From: a virus
Direction: 5' to 3' (one strand)
DNA: 64,000 bases
IMG/VR virus record: IMGVR_UViG_3300040801_001687
Location: 13,188 to 77,187 of that record
The notes below the pieces were generated by a model that was given only the letters and a program-made list of their open reading frames with translations, ran no database searches and had not been told where the DNA came from. Shown here in pieces: positions 20,418 to 30,799 of this stretch. The first letter of the stretch is position 1, and each line of letters starts with the position of its first letter. A program made the position numbers and the translations under genes.

Positions 20418-21196
20418 CAACCTATAAAGAATATTTATCTCAAAAACTATTACCTAGTTATTTTACATCAGAGGATAGCTATAAGGATTCTAATGGTAAA
20501 GGTTTTCTTCAAAGGTTTTTAGAGATATTTGGAGAGGAACTAGACGATTATAGTGATGAGGCTATAAATGAATTGGAGAGTTTAGCTAACCCTTTATTGT
20601 TAAGCGATATAGAATTTTTAAATTATAAAGCTTTTAGAAGTGGGGATTTAAATTTAACCTCACTTCTTTTAAGTACTGGGGAGTATCAAAACCTATTAAC
20701 CTATATATTTACAATCTATAAAGTAAAAGGAACTAAAAAATCCTATGAGGCTCTTTTAGCATTACTTAATATAACTGAAGTATCTTTTCAAAGATATCCA
20801 ACACCTGATATAAGGTATGATGTTGAGGGGATAAATTATGATGATAACCAAGTAAGATACGATGATTCAATTTGTATAACCTGTTTTGAATATGATTTAA
20901 TAATTACAGGAACAGAGTCTATAAGCTCATTGTTTTATAGTAATGTAATTAAATTAGTTAAATTAGTAGAACCCATAAATGCTAAATTAATAAAAATTAT
21001 ATATAATGGAACTGAACTATCAGAAGCTCCAATCACGGTATATGTAGATGAGAATGGAGATTTAGTATATGATAATACAAATGACCCTGGTTTAATATTA
21101 TCATTGGACGATAATGGAAATTTAATTATTTCAGGGCCTAGTGAGGACAACTATTTTGTTGACGACCAAGGTAATTTAATCTATATAAATGACTAA
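20411..21196 (+). CDS. Baseplate wedge protein (P2 gpI-like)
   Basis: LLPSYF, FLQRFLEIFG and YKVKGTKKS motifs; three C-terminal xxVDxxGxLxx repeats. Confidence 0.8.
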   Translation: MLTTYKEYLSQKLLPSYFTSEDSYKDSNGKGFLQRFLEIFGEELDDYSDEAINELESLANPLLLSDIEFLNYKAFRSGDLNLTSLLLSTGEYQNLLTYIFTIYKVKGTKKSYEALLALLNITEVSFQRYPTPDIRYDVEGINYDDNQVRYDDSICITCFEYDLIITGTESISSLFYSNVIKLVKLVEPINAKLIKIIYNGTELSEAPITVYVDENGDLVYDNTNDPGLILSLDDNGNLIISGPSEDNYFVDDQGNLIYIND

Positions 21197-21198
21197 AT

Positions 21199-22782
21199 AT
21201 GATTAATGTAGGAAATGTAGTTGGTTTAATTAAGTCAGTAAACCCACCATCAAAGACTTATGTACTATGGGGTAAGATATTAAATCCATCTTTCCCCAAT
21301 GTTGTAGATATACTATACTACGACAACCTGGGTGGGGAATGGATAAGTATAACTGACCCAACTCTACAATATTGGTTAAAACCTGTTATCCAAGTTTTAG
21401 GAGCCCCACCTAGTAGCCCTAGTGAAAGAGATAGGTACCTAATAACTGATACAGGTGCATCTGGTGACTTTGTTAATAAAGAGGACCAAATAGCTACATA
21501 TATAACTGGGGAATGGCAATACGCTATACCAAGAGATGGTTATATAATTACTGTTAGAAATCAAGCTAATAAACTTTATGAGTATGTAGGAGAATATGGG
21601 AACGGAGGTGAATGGACTATAAATGATTTTCAAGTACCCATATCACCTGATGATTATATACCTAATGTAGAAAAGGGTTTACCCGAGGGAGTAGCTACTT
21701 TAGATGAATTGGGTTGGATTCCAATAAATCAAATAAATTCAGAAACCTTACCTTATGATACAGACTACCCAAGCCTATGGCCAAGTGGTAATCCGTCTAC
21801 TATTGTTAATGCTTTAGAAGAGTTAATACAAATTATAGGTAATCAAGCTGATTTAAGTGGTTATGTTCAAAGTGTAAATGGAGAAGGACCAGACCCCTCT
21901 GGTAATGTTGATATAGATACCAGCTCCGAAGAAGAGATAACAGTTAATGTTGATATACCAGAAGCGGGCTACCAAAGTGGTGATGTTATACCCCAAGGTA
22001 CTTCATTTACTGATTTTCTTAAAAACTTTTTAACTAAAGTAAAAAATCCTACTTTTTTAAACCCAAGTTTTAATTTAGTAAGAGATTACCCTGACCAATT
22101 ACAAGTGATTGGAGCTCTAGTAGAAGTTAAGGTTATATTTAATTTTAACAGAGGACAGATAAGAGGGGACCTAGTGAATGGAGTTTGGGATGCTAATGAA
22201 GTTCAAGGGGAAAGAGCAGGAGAAGCTACTAGCTATGATATAATGGGACAAATAAGAACTGTGGGAGTAGATGCAGACCCTAACGAATATATAGATACTA
22301 TAGAAATCCAGAGTGGTGATAATGATTTCACTGGAGAAGTTACTTACTTAGAAGGGCCCCAACCTTATAACTCAGACCAAGTTGATTTTGATTCACCTTA
22401 TCCGGCTGGAACTTCTCCACAAGAGGTTGCTTCTGTTATAGGGGTATACCCTTTATTTGCTTCTACAGTTGATATTACAGTTGACACAGAACAACCTTTA
22501 TATAATATGTTTAATGTAAATTCAATAGAACTAGATTTAGTAGCTGAATCAGGTGGAGAAAAACAATTCTTCGAGATTCCACAGGCTTGGTTGGATGTAA
22601 ACCCAATAGCTGCTATACAATTTTTTAATCCGGTTTCAAATCAATTTGACCCGACCAATCAACTATCAACCTTTATACAAGAATTTTTTACAAAAACTAT
22701 AGAAGGTAACGTAGTTGATTACGTAAGATACAGAAATTCCTCAGCTGATAGAGGAGCTTTAACAATAAAATTAATATTCTAA
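21199..22782 (+). CDS. Tail fibre-associated protein (DUF2793-like domain)
   Basis: PPSSPSERDRYLI...GEWQYAIPRDG; KGLPEGVATLD; VQSVNG motif. Confidence 0.65.
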   Translation: MINVGNVVGLIKSVNPPSKTYVLWGKILNPSFPNVVDILYYDNLGGEWISITDPTLQYWLKPVIQVLGAPPSSPSERDRYLITDTGASGDFVNKEDQIATYITGEWQYAIPRDGYIITVRNQANKLYEYVGEYGNGGEWTINDFQVPISPDDYIPNVEKGLPEGVATLDELGWIPINQINSETLPYDTDYPSLWPSGNPSTIVNALEELIQIIGNQADLSGYVQSVNGEGPDPSGNVDIDTSSEEEITVNVDIPEAGYQSGDVIPQGTSFTDFLKNFLTKVKNPTFLNPSFNLVRDYPDQLQVIGALVEVKVIFNFNRGQIRGDLVNGVWDANEVQGERAGEATSYDIMGQIRTVGVDADPNEYIDTIEIQSGDNDFTGEVTYLEGPQPYNSDQVDFDSPYPAGTSPQEVASVIGVYPLFASTVDITVDTEQPLYNMFNVNSIELDLVAESGGEKQFFEIPQAWLDVNPIAAIQFFNPVSNQFDPTNQLSTFIQEFFTKTIEGNVVDYVRYRNSSADRGALTIKLIF

Positions 22783-22785
22783 GTT

Positions 22786-25737
22786 ATGGCCAGACAACAA
22801 GGAACATTTCCAATTAGTGCAAACTACGAAGTAAGGATAAAAGGAACATTTGATGCAAGGCAACTTGTGGATGATGTAGCCGACTTATACAACTTTAATA
22901 GTGCAAACTATATACCTTATGGGTTTACTGTATCAGTTAAAGGTTTAGCTGATTCAGCCACTAGGGGTATATATATGTGTATAGATGAGAACAACTTATC
23001 ACTTCCAGCCTCATGGATAAAAATTACTGGAACAGGAGGGGGAGCCTCTAATTGGGGGGATTTAGCGGGTAATGTTGAGGACCAAACCGATTTAGTTAAT
23101 TACATAGATTCTAAAACTACTTTACAAAATGTATTAGAACAAGGTTCTGATTACTTAGGCAGTAATAATATAGACATAACTGTAGAAGATGTTACAAACC
23201 CTTTAACTGATTATGTTTCTTTTACTATAGAAGGTGACCCGGTAAACTCTAGTGGTTTTGTTAAAAGAGTTGGTGTAGGAGGAGGGGATTATAAAGAAAG
23301 CTCTATATTAGTATCTGATGGGGTTGCAAATTTAAGTGTATTTACTAGTGATAATGGTTCAGGGTCTTTTGGAAGTACCTTTGTTAGAGCCTCCGATGAT
23401 GAGGGAATTGTTTTATTAGACGGTATAAACTCGATAGGTGCTAGGTATACTTCTGATTATTCTGCTAATAATACTGGAGCTAATTATAACCCAAGATGGA
23501 TACCCGATTTAGAGTATGTGAATTCCATATCAGATTTACAAGGGACTATAGAGGCCGGAGGTTTTTACTCGGGAACTGATTCTGTAATTATAGCAGTCCA
23601 AGACCAAGTAGATACAGGTAGGGAATCAACTTTTTATTTAGGTAATGGTGCTTTATATTATTTATCTTCCAAAAAAGGAATAAGCTCACAAACTAACTAT
23701 AGAGAAAGTATATTAACTTTTGACCCCACCCGAATACAATATACTATATTAAAGGGTAATGGTACTTCTAGTGATAGAGCCGGGTTACATATTCAAACTA
23801 TGGGTTCTCAATATGAGGACGGAATTGTAATAGTAGATGATATATACAACCAAGGGGTATTATATGATAAAGATTTTTCAGCTAATAACCTGGGAGTTAA
23901 TGAGAATGATAGGTGGATACCTGATGTAGCAGGAGTTAAATCTTTAATATCTACTTACTCAGGGGGAGGGGGAAGTTCTACCTGGGGCTCTATTACAGGA
24001 ACAATAACAGACCAAACAGATTTAACTGGTTATATAGACGACCAAATACCCGAAGGTACAAACGGTGTTGAGTTTTTAAACGGTTCTTATCAATTGTCGG
24101 GAGAATCCGATTTAACTAAAAGTGTACTTTTGGGTGGAGGATATAGTTATACATTTGATTTTGGAGGAGCATTTTCAGGGTTTGGAGATTTATATAGTCC
24201 TTTTGCTGAATTTGGAATAATGTCATTGAACACACAAATATATAATGAAAATTATGATGGTTTAAGAATAACAGATTCAATACAACATTTATCAGGAATT
24301 AATCTACAATTAAGAAATAATAATGGTACTCTAAGAATATTAGATTTAGGGCAAGGAGGAAATGATGATGATAAATCAATATTTAAAAATGATGGGGGAG
24401 ATGTATATATTAGAGGACATCAAGCTCTTGCTCTTTATAGAGGAGGAGGAGACTTCTTCGATGATACAGGACTATTATTTGCTTCTTCTCCTAGTACTTC
24501 TGCTTCCCAAGGAATAGAAATAGGAAATGTATTTTATCAAAATATTAGATTTAAAAGTGGTTTAAGTTATAGTAATCCTTTAGATGTAGTTCCTAAAACT
24601 TATATAGATAGTAATTTTGCTTTACAATCTTCTCTATCTGATTACTTAACTGTATCTCAATATAATAGTGAAAGACATTTTAAAGGTACTTATACTTCTT
24701 TAGCTAATCTTACAACTGCTGAACCAACTGCAAATGCGGGTGATTTTGCAAATATAGATGCAGGAGTTGGAAGTACAGTTCAAAGAGCTATATGGGATAA
24801 TGATGATAGTGAGTGGGTTATAAGTGCTAGTGGAGGAGGTAGTGTAGAATCAGTTAATGGACAAATTCCTGATGGTTCAGGTAATGTATTATTAAATTTA
24901 ACTCATATTAGTGATACTGATTTTACATCTTTAACTAATGGAGATTTAATAAAATATAATGGCACTAATTTTGTAAATGTACCTGATACAGATTATGCCA
25001 GACCTTTAGATAAATCCACGAGTGAAGCACTACCAACAAGTATTGATTTTAGTTTAGCAGCTTTTCAACCTAAATCACTTTCAGGTACTCTTAACATTAC
25101 AGCTATTACAAACCCCCAATTAGGTACCATAGTATTACCTGTAACAGGGGGAAGTGATATAACTATAGATACTGGATTAATACCTGCTGAAAGAATTAGG
25201 GGAGCATTTAATAGTTCTAAATCAACCAATGTTTTAAAAATAACTTGTTATGATGCTTCAGCCCCTTCTTATTTTGCAGTATGGGAATTAGAAGGAGGAG
25301 GTACAGGGGGAGGTACTAGTTTAATTGAGTATGAGAAAAATACTAGTTTAACTGTTACTGGAACAGTTGCAGATATAACGAGTTTAGATGCTTCCCCTAT
25401 TGATATTAGTAGTGAAGGGGTAACTGTTAATGAGACTACAGGTGTAATCACGTTAGCAGCTAACGGTAATTATAATCTTAGTATAAGTGCTAATTATTTA
25501 GCTACTAGTGGTACTGATAGAAGTACTATAGATGTTTTGTTAACTCAAGCAGATAATACAGAAATATGGAAAGCTCATAACTATATAAGAGCAAGTGGAG
25601 ACAGAAGTACTTTATCTTTCTCTAAAACTGTAATGGTTGGAGGAACTGATTTAGATGTAAAATTTAGACATGTACTCTCTAAAGGTACAATGCCAATTGA
25701 TTTAGAAAGTGCTTTAATAAAAATACAGAAAATATAA
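22786..25737 (+). CDS. Long tail fibre protein
   Basis: 983 aa, Gly/Ser/Thr-rich; repeated WGxxxGxxxDQTDL and SVNG fibre motifs. Confidence 0.75.
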   Translation: MARQQGTFPISANYEVRIKGTFDARQLVDDVADLYNFNSANYIPYGFTVSVKGLADSATRGIYMCIDENNLSLPASWIKITGTGGGASNWGDLAGNVEDQTDLVNYIDSKTTLQNVLEQGSDYLGSNNIDITVEDVTNPLTDYVSFTIEGDPVNSSGFVKRVGVGGGDYKESSILVSDGVANLSVFTSDNGSGSFGSTFVRASDDEGIVLLDGINSIGARYTSDYSANNTGANYNPRWIPDLEYVNSISDLQGTIEAGGFYSGTDSVIIAVQDQVDTGRESTFYLGNGALYYLSSKKGISSQTNYRESILTFDPTRIQYTILKGNGTSSDRAGLHIQTMGSQYEDGIVIVDDIYNQGVLYDKDFSANNLGVNENDRWIPDVAGVKSLISTYSGGGGSSTWGSITGTITDQTDLTGYIDDQIPEGTNGVEFLNGSYQLSGESDLTKSVLLGGGYSYTFDFGGAFSGFGDLYSPFAEFGIMSLNTQIYNENYDGLRITDSIQHLSGINLQLRNNNGTLRILDLGQGGNDDDKSIFKNDGGDVYIRGHQALALYRGGGDFFDDTGLLFASSPSTSASQGIEIGNVFYQNIRFKSGLSYSNPLDVVPKTYIDSNFALQSSLSDYLTVSQYNSERHFKGTYTSLANLTTAEPTANAGDFANIDAGVGSTVQRAIWDNDDSEWVISASGGGSVESVNGQIPDGSGNVLLNLTHISDTDFTSLTNGDLIKYNGTNFVNVPDTDYARPLDKSTSEALPTSIDFSLAAFQPKSLSGTLNITAITNPQLGTIVLPVTGGSDITIDTGLIPAERIRGAFNSSKSTNVLKITCYDASAPSYFAVWELEGGGTGGGTSLIEYEKNTSLTVTGTVADITSLDASPIDISSEGVTVNETTGVITLAANGNYNLSISANYLATSGTDRSTIDVLLTQADNTEIWKAHNYIRASGDRSTLSFSKTVMVGGTDLDVKFRHVLSKGTMPIDLESALIKIQKI

Positions 25738-26795
25738 TGGCAGCTACTCACACTAAAGATTTAACAACATTTGATTTACCTGCATGGGTTTATAAACCCG
25801 ATGGTTATGAAAATGCAGACCCTTTAAGTTATCCTGTACTTGTATTTTTGCATGGTAACGGTATTCAAGGTAGTGGCATTGATGCAATGCTAACTGCTGA
25901 TGCACCAACCCCATGTACAGAGATTGATGATAAAATTAATACCGTTGATTGGCCTTATAATTTTATTGTTATATGCCCTTATAAGGATACTGGAGATTGG
26001 TTTCCTAACCCTGTTTATAACCTTATGCAAAGTATAGTAGATAATGCTAGTGCATACAAAATAGATATTAATAAAATAGCTTTAACAGGTTTATCTTTAG
26101 GGGGTATAGGTATTTCTCAATGGATTCAAGACCCAGTTGCCAACAATAGGTATGTAAGTATAAAGGCTGCATTTCCCATTGCCGGGGGTAGTCAATCGGG
26201 TGCTGATGTTGCACAGGATGCTGTAGATAGAAATATATTAGTTAAGGGGTGGTACGGTGAAAATGACCCAAGCTCATTTGCTAACCCTAGAATGATTAAT
26301 GATAGAGATGAGATGAATGCTATTGAAGCAGGGTATTACGAACTGTTTGAAATAGCTGGAGGAACTCATAGTTCTTCAACTTGGGGAAAGGTTTATAATA
26401 GGCAAGATGCTAATGCTGTTAGTTATGATATATACAATTATCTTGAAGGTTTATCCAACCCACCCGACACTACTCCACCTACAATTCCCAACAATTTATT
26501 AAGTAGTAATATAGAAAAACACTCCTTTGAGGTTAGTTGGGATGCTTCTACTGATGCTGAAAATTCGGTAGACTACTATAATATCTATTTAGATGATATA
26601 CTAATAGGAGATACTACTTTATTAAACTTTAATTTTGGGTATAGGCTAGCTCCTAATACTGAATATAAAGTAGAAATATCTGCAGTAGATACACTGGGTA
26701 ATGAGAGTAATTTAAGCACAGCCTTATTTGTTACAACCCTTGAAGATTTAGCCTCTGTTAACATGGGGGGATTTTCTAAAGAAACTCTTTTATAA
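25737..26795 (+). CDS. Alpha/beta-hydrolase (esterase-like) with C-terminal fibronectin type III domain
   Basis: YPVLVFLHGNG; nucleophile elbow GLSLGG; candidate Asp (GEND) and His (GGTH); FN3 DTTPPTIP...VSWDASTD...YNIY...LAPNTEY..ISAVD..GNES. Confidence 0.85.
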   Translation: MAATHTKDLTTFDLPAWVYKPDGYENADPLSYPVLVFLHGNGIQGSGIDAMLTADAPTPCTEIDDKINTVDWPYNFIVICPYKDTGDWFPNPVYNLMQSIVDNASAYKIDINKIALTGLSLGGIGISQWIQDPVANNRYVSIKAAFPIAGGSQSGADVAQDAVDRNILVKGWYGENDPSSFANPRMINDRDEMNAIEAGYYELFEIAGGTHSSSTWGKVYNRQDANAVSYDIYNYLEGLSNPPDTTPPTIPNNLLSSNIEKHSFEVSWDASTDAENSVDYYNIYLDDILIGDTTLLNFNFGYRLAPNTEYKVEISAVDTLGNESNLSTALFVTTLEDLASVNMGGFSKETLL

Positions 26796-26832
26796 ATTAA
26801 CTATTATAATAGAATAAAAAACATAAATAATT

Positions 26833-27117
26833 ATGACTAAAGAAACACAATCAAAAAAGAACCTTGATTTTCCTATAAGGGATTTAGAAGGTGGAGTTTA
26901 CAGAGGTATAGAGAGTTGCTCTAAATTCATAGCCGAAAGAATTGCCTCAACCGATAGTAAACAAGACTTCTTTAAGATATTTAATATATCTAAGGAGCTT
27001 TATGAGAAAGGGGAATTATCAAACCCCGAAGATGAAGCCAAACTTTTAGATGAAATAAAAAAGTTAAGGCTTCCAGTAATTGTTAAAGGTCAAATTTTAG
27101 AAACTTTAAACTCATAA
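26833..27117 (+). CDS. Putative tail fibre assembly chaperone (paralog A)
   Basis: Similar to the next ORF; lies after the fibre genes. Confidence 0.45.
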   Translation: MTKETQSKKNLDFPIRDLEGGVYRGIESCSKFIAERIASTDSKQDFFKIFNISKELYEKGELSNPEDEAKLLDEIKKLRLPVIVKGQILETLNS

Positions 27118-27119
27118 AC

Positions 27120-27434
27120 ATGAAGGTATTTAATCTTAATTTCAAATTTAAAGATTTAAAAGGTAGTGAATTGGATGTTGCTCCAGCTAACCAAGTAGTT
27201 GCAAACCACTTATCAGAATATATACCAGATGCTCAAGAAGAAGATTTAATCCTAAAATACTATGGATGGGTCAAATCTTTACAATCAGGTGAATCTATTA
27301 CTTTAGATAATTCAGATTTACAAAAATTTAAAAATATAGTACGGGATAAGTTAAGTCTTACAAATATTGCTAAAGCTCAAATATTTGAGGCCTTGGAGAA
27401 AAATTTAAAGGACACCCTAAAAGAAGATAAATAA
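27120..27434 (+). CDS. Putative tail fibre assembly chaperone (paralog B)
   Basis: NLNFKFKDLKG...IAKAQIFEAL versus NLDFPIRDLEG...IVKGQILETL. Confidence 0.45.
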   Translation: MKVFNLNFKFKDLKGSELDVAPANQVVANHLSEYIPDAQEEDLILKYYGWVKSLQSGESITLDNSDLQKFKNIVRDKLSLTNIAKAQIFEALEKNLKDTLKEDK

Positions 27435-27464
27435 TCTAACTCTTAATCCAAAATATAAAGTCCA

Positions 27465-27863
27465 ATGGTGCATTTATTATTAATTCTATTCCTTCAAGTA
27501 AAAGAAATCATAAAGGATGATGATACTTTTTTTAAAGCACTAGAATCAGAGGATTTTATATTTTGGTTTTTTGGGGCTTTTATTATATCATACCTAGATT
27601 TTAAGGAATATAAAAACAACCTAGAAGAAGAAGGTAAACCTTTTGTATGGAAAACCTTTTGGTCAGAAAATATAGAGGATACTCTATGGGCTTATTTGGG
27701 CTCATTTGTTGTACTTATAATTTATGGTATAACCGGTAATATTTTAATTTTAAAAGGGGTAATAAACCAGGATAACTCTTTTGAAGTTTATACACCTTTC
27801 ATTATAGGTTTACTTGGAAGCTGGGCTATTGAAAAATTAGTTTATAAATATAAAAAGAAATGA
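27465..27863 (+). CDS. Membrane protein, possible holin
   Basis: About three hydrophobic helices and a basic C-terminus (YKYKKK). Confidence 0.5.
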   Translation: MVHLLLILFLQVKEIIKDDDTFFKALESEDFIFWFFGAFIISYLDFKEYKNNLEEEGKPFVWKTFWSENIEDTLWAYLGSFVVLIIYGITGNILILKGVINQDNSFEVYTPFIIGLLGSWAIEKLVYKYKKK

Positions 27864-29533
27864 CACAAACTAGATACCATAGTTATTTAAGACCCCTAGA
27901 TTCTTTTGATGAGAATTCAAGAATATCAGGTATAGCTGCTAAAGGAGTTATTTGTGGGTTTGATACTTACTTACCTTCCCCATCAAGTAGAAATTTTTCA
28001 ATATCACATTTAGCTTCGGGAATTAAAAAAGGAACAAAGGATAATTTAACATTATCAGACCCCCAAGGTTGTGTAATATCTCCTCACGGGGTTGTAGTAT
28101 ATGAAGATGAAGCTATACAATTAACTTTATCTGATAATTCCACTAACTCAAACAGAAGAGTTTACCTTGTAATAATGGAACACCAATGGGTATCATCTGA
28201 AAATGGTTCCCCCGCTACATACTCTTTAGTAGTTGGGCCTTCTAATGGAAGTATACCTGTGATACCAAACCCTGAAAGACAAGTATTAATAGCTACTATA
28301 GAACAACCCGCCAATTCTACAAATGCTTCCGAAGCAGTATATTATAGAGCTAACCCAAAACTAATGGGGGGTAATGAAGTATTTTCTTATTTAAACGATG
28401 GAGTAAATTTACCTAGTATAACTCCATTAGAAGGTAGGTTAGATAATATAACAAAATCAGGTTTATACTATGTGGGAAATAATTCAAATATACCTGATAG
28501 GCCAGGAGGAAATACTGAAGATAGAGGCTTTTTAATGGTACTTATAAATGGCAACTATGTTCATCAATTTTATTTATCGAGTAGAAGTGGAAGGGTTTAT
28601 GTAAGAGGGGGAGGAATGACAAACAATGCGGGTAATGTAGCTTATACTAAATGGGGCTCATTAAATAATGTTGAAATTGATTCCGATGTTACTGAATTAT
28701 TTGATATAATAGGTGATAGAGAATACAACAGTAACCTCCTAACTGATGGAGTTACAATAACTGCATCTTTAAATACATTAGCCGATGAGTTAGATACTGC
28801 TTTAGATGATATAGTTAGCCTTCAAACCGGTAAAGCTGATAAAAGTATAGAAGTAATTGGTGACGGAGCTCTAACCGGGGGAGGAAGTTTAAGCCAAAAT
28901 AGATTTATAAGTATTAAACCGGGTGGAGTTACTGGGGCTATGATTGATAGTAAAACTATCTCAGCTTCAAATATTGCTGACTTTTCTATAAGCTCTTTAA
29001 ATTTAGGTGATTTTATAGTTACCCATAATAAATTAGGCCCCAATGCAGTAGAGAATGATAATATTGATGCGGGAGCTGTGGATACTGGGGAATTAGCAAA
29101 CTTTGCAGTTACTAATACTAAATTGGGTGATAATTCTATATCTAATATAAAAATTCAAGATGGAGCAGTAGGAACTTCTAAATTAGCTATAGGAGGTTGG
29201 ACTACTTCAGGGGTTAGTTCCAATTGGACTACATCCGGCAGTGGAACTGATGAAGGCTTTAGGTATAGAAAAAATGTAAATGAGGTTGTAGAATTTAAGG
29301 GGTTAGTTTGGAGAAACACCGGAACAACAGTTGATTTTTTTTTAACTTTACCCGTATCTTATAGGCCTTCGGGAGACAGGTATTTACCTATATTAGATTA
29401 TGCCGGGGACCCAATATATTTATTTGTGGATGCTTCAACTGGTAGGTGTACTATATACCCAATAAGGAGTGGAGCAGCAACCTCACCTTCTACTAATAAT
29501 GGAGCTTATGTTGAAACTGTAATGCCTTTATAA
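27860..29533 (+). CDS. Second tail fibre protein (knob domain plus 10-aa repeats)
   Basis: LDNITKSGLYY knob-like motif; GDGALTGGGSLS; repeated AVTNTKLGDN-type decamers; C-terminal FRYRK...TLPVSYRP. Confidence 0.75.
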   Translation: MTQTRYHSYLRPLDSFDENSRISGIAAKGVICGFDTYLPSPSSRNFSISHLASGIKKGTKDNLTLSDPQGCVISPHGVVVYEDEAIQLTLSDNSTNSNRRVYLVIMEHQWVSSENGSPATYSLVVGPSNGSIPVIPNPERQVLIATIEQPANSTNASEAVYYRANPKLMGGNEVFSYLNDGVNLPSITPLEGRLDNITKSGLYYVGNNSNIPDRPGGNTEDRGFLMVLINGNYVHQFYLSSRSGRVYVRGGGMTNNAGNVAYTKWGSLNNVEIDSDVTELFDIIGDREYNSNLLTDGVTITASLNTLADELDTALDDIVSLQTGKADKSIEVIGDGALTGGGSLSQNRFISIKPGGVTGAMIDSKTISASNIADFSISSLNLGDFIVTHNKLGPNAVENDNIDAGAVDTGELANFAVTNTKLGDNSISNIKIQDGAVGTSKLAIGGWTTSGVSSNWTTSGSGTDEGFRYRKNVNEVVEFKGLVWRNTGTTVDFFLTLPVSYRPSGDRYLPILDYAGDPIYLFVDASTGRCTIYPIRSGAATSPSTNNGAYVETVMPL

Positions 29534-29536
29534 ATT

Positions 29537-30115
29537 ATGGAAAGTCCTTTAGAGATGGTAATTTATGGAGTAGGGGGTTTATTAAGTAAAGTAACCTTCG
29601 ATTACATAAAGAAAAAGATAAATATAAATAACTCATTTAGAAATATATTATTAGCCATAAAAGAGGTTTATGGTAATATGTCAAATTTAGCTGCAGTAAC
29701 TGGAGCTTATAGAGTAGTTATATATAAAGGGGAAAATGGAGGGGGAGTACCTAAACTGGGAAACTCTTTATACTCTTCGGCTATATATGAGATTTACAAA
29801 GATTCACCTATTAAGGTATTTTGGCAAAGACAACCAATGGATGCTAAGTATACTGAAAATCTATTGCAAGTATATTCTAATAAGTTTCTATTAATAATCA
29901 CTAGAAATCTTCCAAAATGTCAACAAAGAACTCTTTATGATGCAGAAGGGATAAGGAGAGTAGAGATGCATAAGATAAGAGTTGATAAGACCAGATTTAT
30001 ATACCTGGAATTACAATTTACAGATGAGGATGAATTAAACCCAAAAATAGAACACGTAAAAAGGGCATCTATAAATACCCTTATTAACCTATTTGATAAA
30101 AATTCTTTAGACTGA
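29537..30115 (+). CDS. Possible holin with N-terminal membrane anchor and GAF-like soluble domain (T4 T-like architecture)
   Basis: Short hydrophobic N-terminus, then GAYRVVIYKGENGG...YSSAIYE; last gene of the late operon. Confidence 0.4.
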   Translation: MESPLEMVIYGVGGLLSKVTFDYIKKKININNSFRNILLAIKEVYGNMSNLAAVTGAYRVVIYKGENGGGVPKLGNSLYSSAIYEIYKDSPIKVFWQRQPMDAKYTENLLQVYSNKFLLIITRNLPKCQQRTLYDAEGIRRVEMHKIRVDKTRFIYLELQFTDEDELNPKIEHVKRASINTLINLFDKNSLD

Positions 30116-30760
30116 TACTGGGTTTTTTCTAAAATGTTCTTGGGCTTCTAAAATCATTTGCTTTATCTCTCTTCTATAACAATTGATTATTTTAATGGAT
30201 TCTTTTGAAGTATCCATTCCAAAGAAATCGGCTATAATCTCGGAAGGAATTTTTGAGGTTGTAGCTTTATTGTGTTTGGATAATTTATTTAGTATAAATG
30301 GGGGTGGGTTTAATTCAAGTTTTAATACCTCATAAGCTTGTTCAGATAAATTATCCTTCATAAAATTCATGCAGGTATCTAAAAAGATAGAATTTTCATC
30401 TATGGGTTCATCTTCAAATTCTAATTCTTTATAACCATAGGCTTCTGATATATCTATAGTATCATTTATTTGGTTCTTTTGAGAATAGATACTTCTTAAT
30501 ATTCTTTGTTTAAAGAATTGAAGTCCCGAAATAATATGCCCTTTAAGAACCTCCTCATCATGTTTATCACAATATCTATTAAAGATAAATATTATCTTAA
30601 CATCGAACCAAGATAATATTTCCTCATAATCCACTCCTAATCTTCTACAATCAATTTGATGGGCTAATTTTCTTTTAAGAGATTGAGTATTCTTATATAT
30701 GTTCATGAATACCTCATTATTAAACTCTTCCTTCATTGGGGTTAATCTGTGCTCTTCCAT
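30107..30760 (-). CDS. Phage sigma70/ECF-like factor
   Basis: Region-2-like N-half (IYKNTQSLKRKLAH...YEEILS) and region-4-like C-half (NLSEQAYEVL...IIADFFGM); the only convincing minus-strand gene. Confidence 0.6.
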   Translation of the reverse strand: MEEHRLTPMKEEFNNEVFMNIYKNTQSLKRKLAHQIDCRRLGVDYEEILSWFDVKIIFIFNRYCDKHDEEVLKGHIISGLQFFKQRILRSIYSQKNQINDTIDISEAYGYKELEFEDEPIDENSIFLDTCMNFMKDNLSEQAYEVLKLELNPPPFILNKLSKHNKATTSKIPSEIIADFFGMDTSKESIKIINCYRREIKQMILEAQEHFRKNPVSV

Positions 30761-30799
30761 AATTTTAAAGATTTTACTATTATTAAATGATTATTTCAT

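Noticed and set aside
493-29043. Short minus-strand ORFs in the structural module (e.g. 929-1156, 6869-7300, 16993-17334, 28822-29043)
   Set aside because: Fully antisense to well-supported genes, with shadow-like composition and no motifs.
21199-29533. Diversity-generating retroelement or invertible fibre cassette
   Set aside because: No reverse transcriptase, no adenine-specific TR/VR pair, no invertase or flanking inverted repeats; internal repeats are diverged at protein level.
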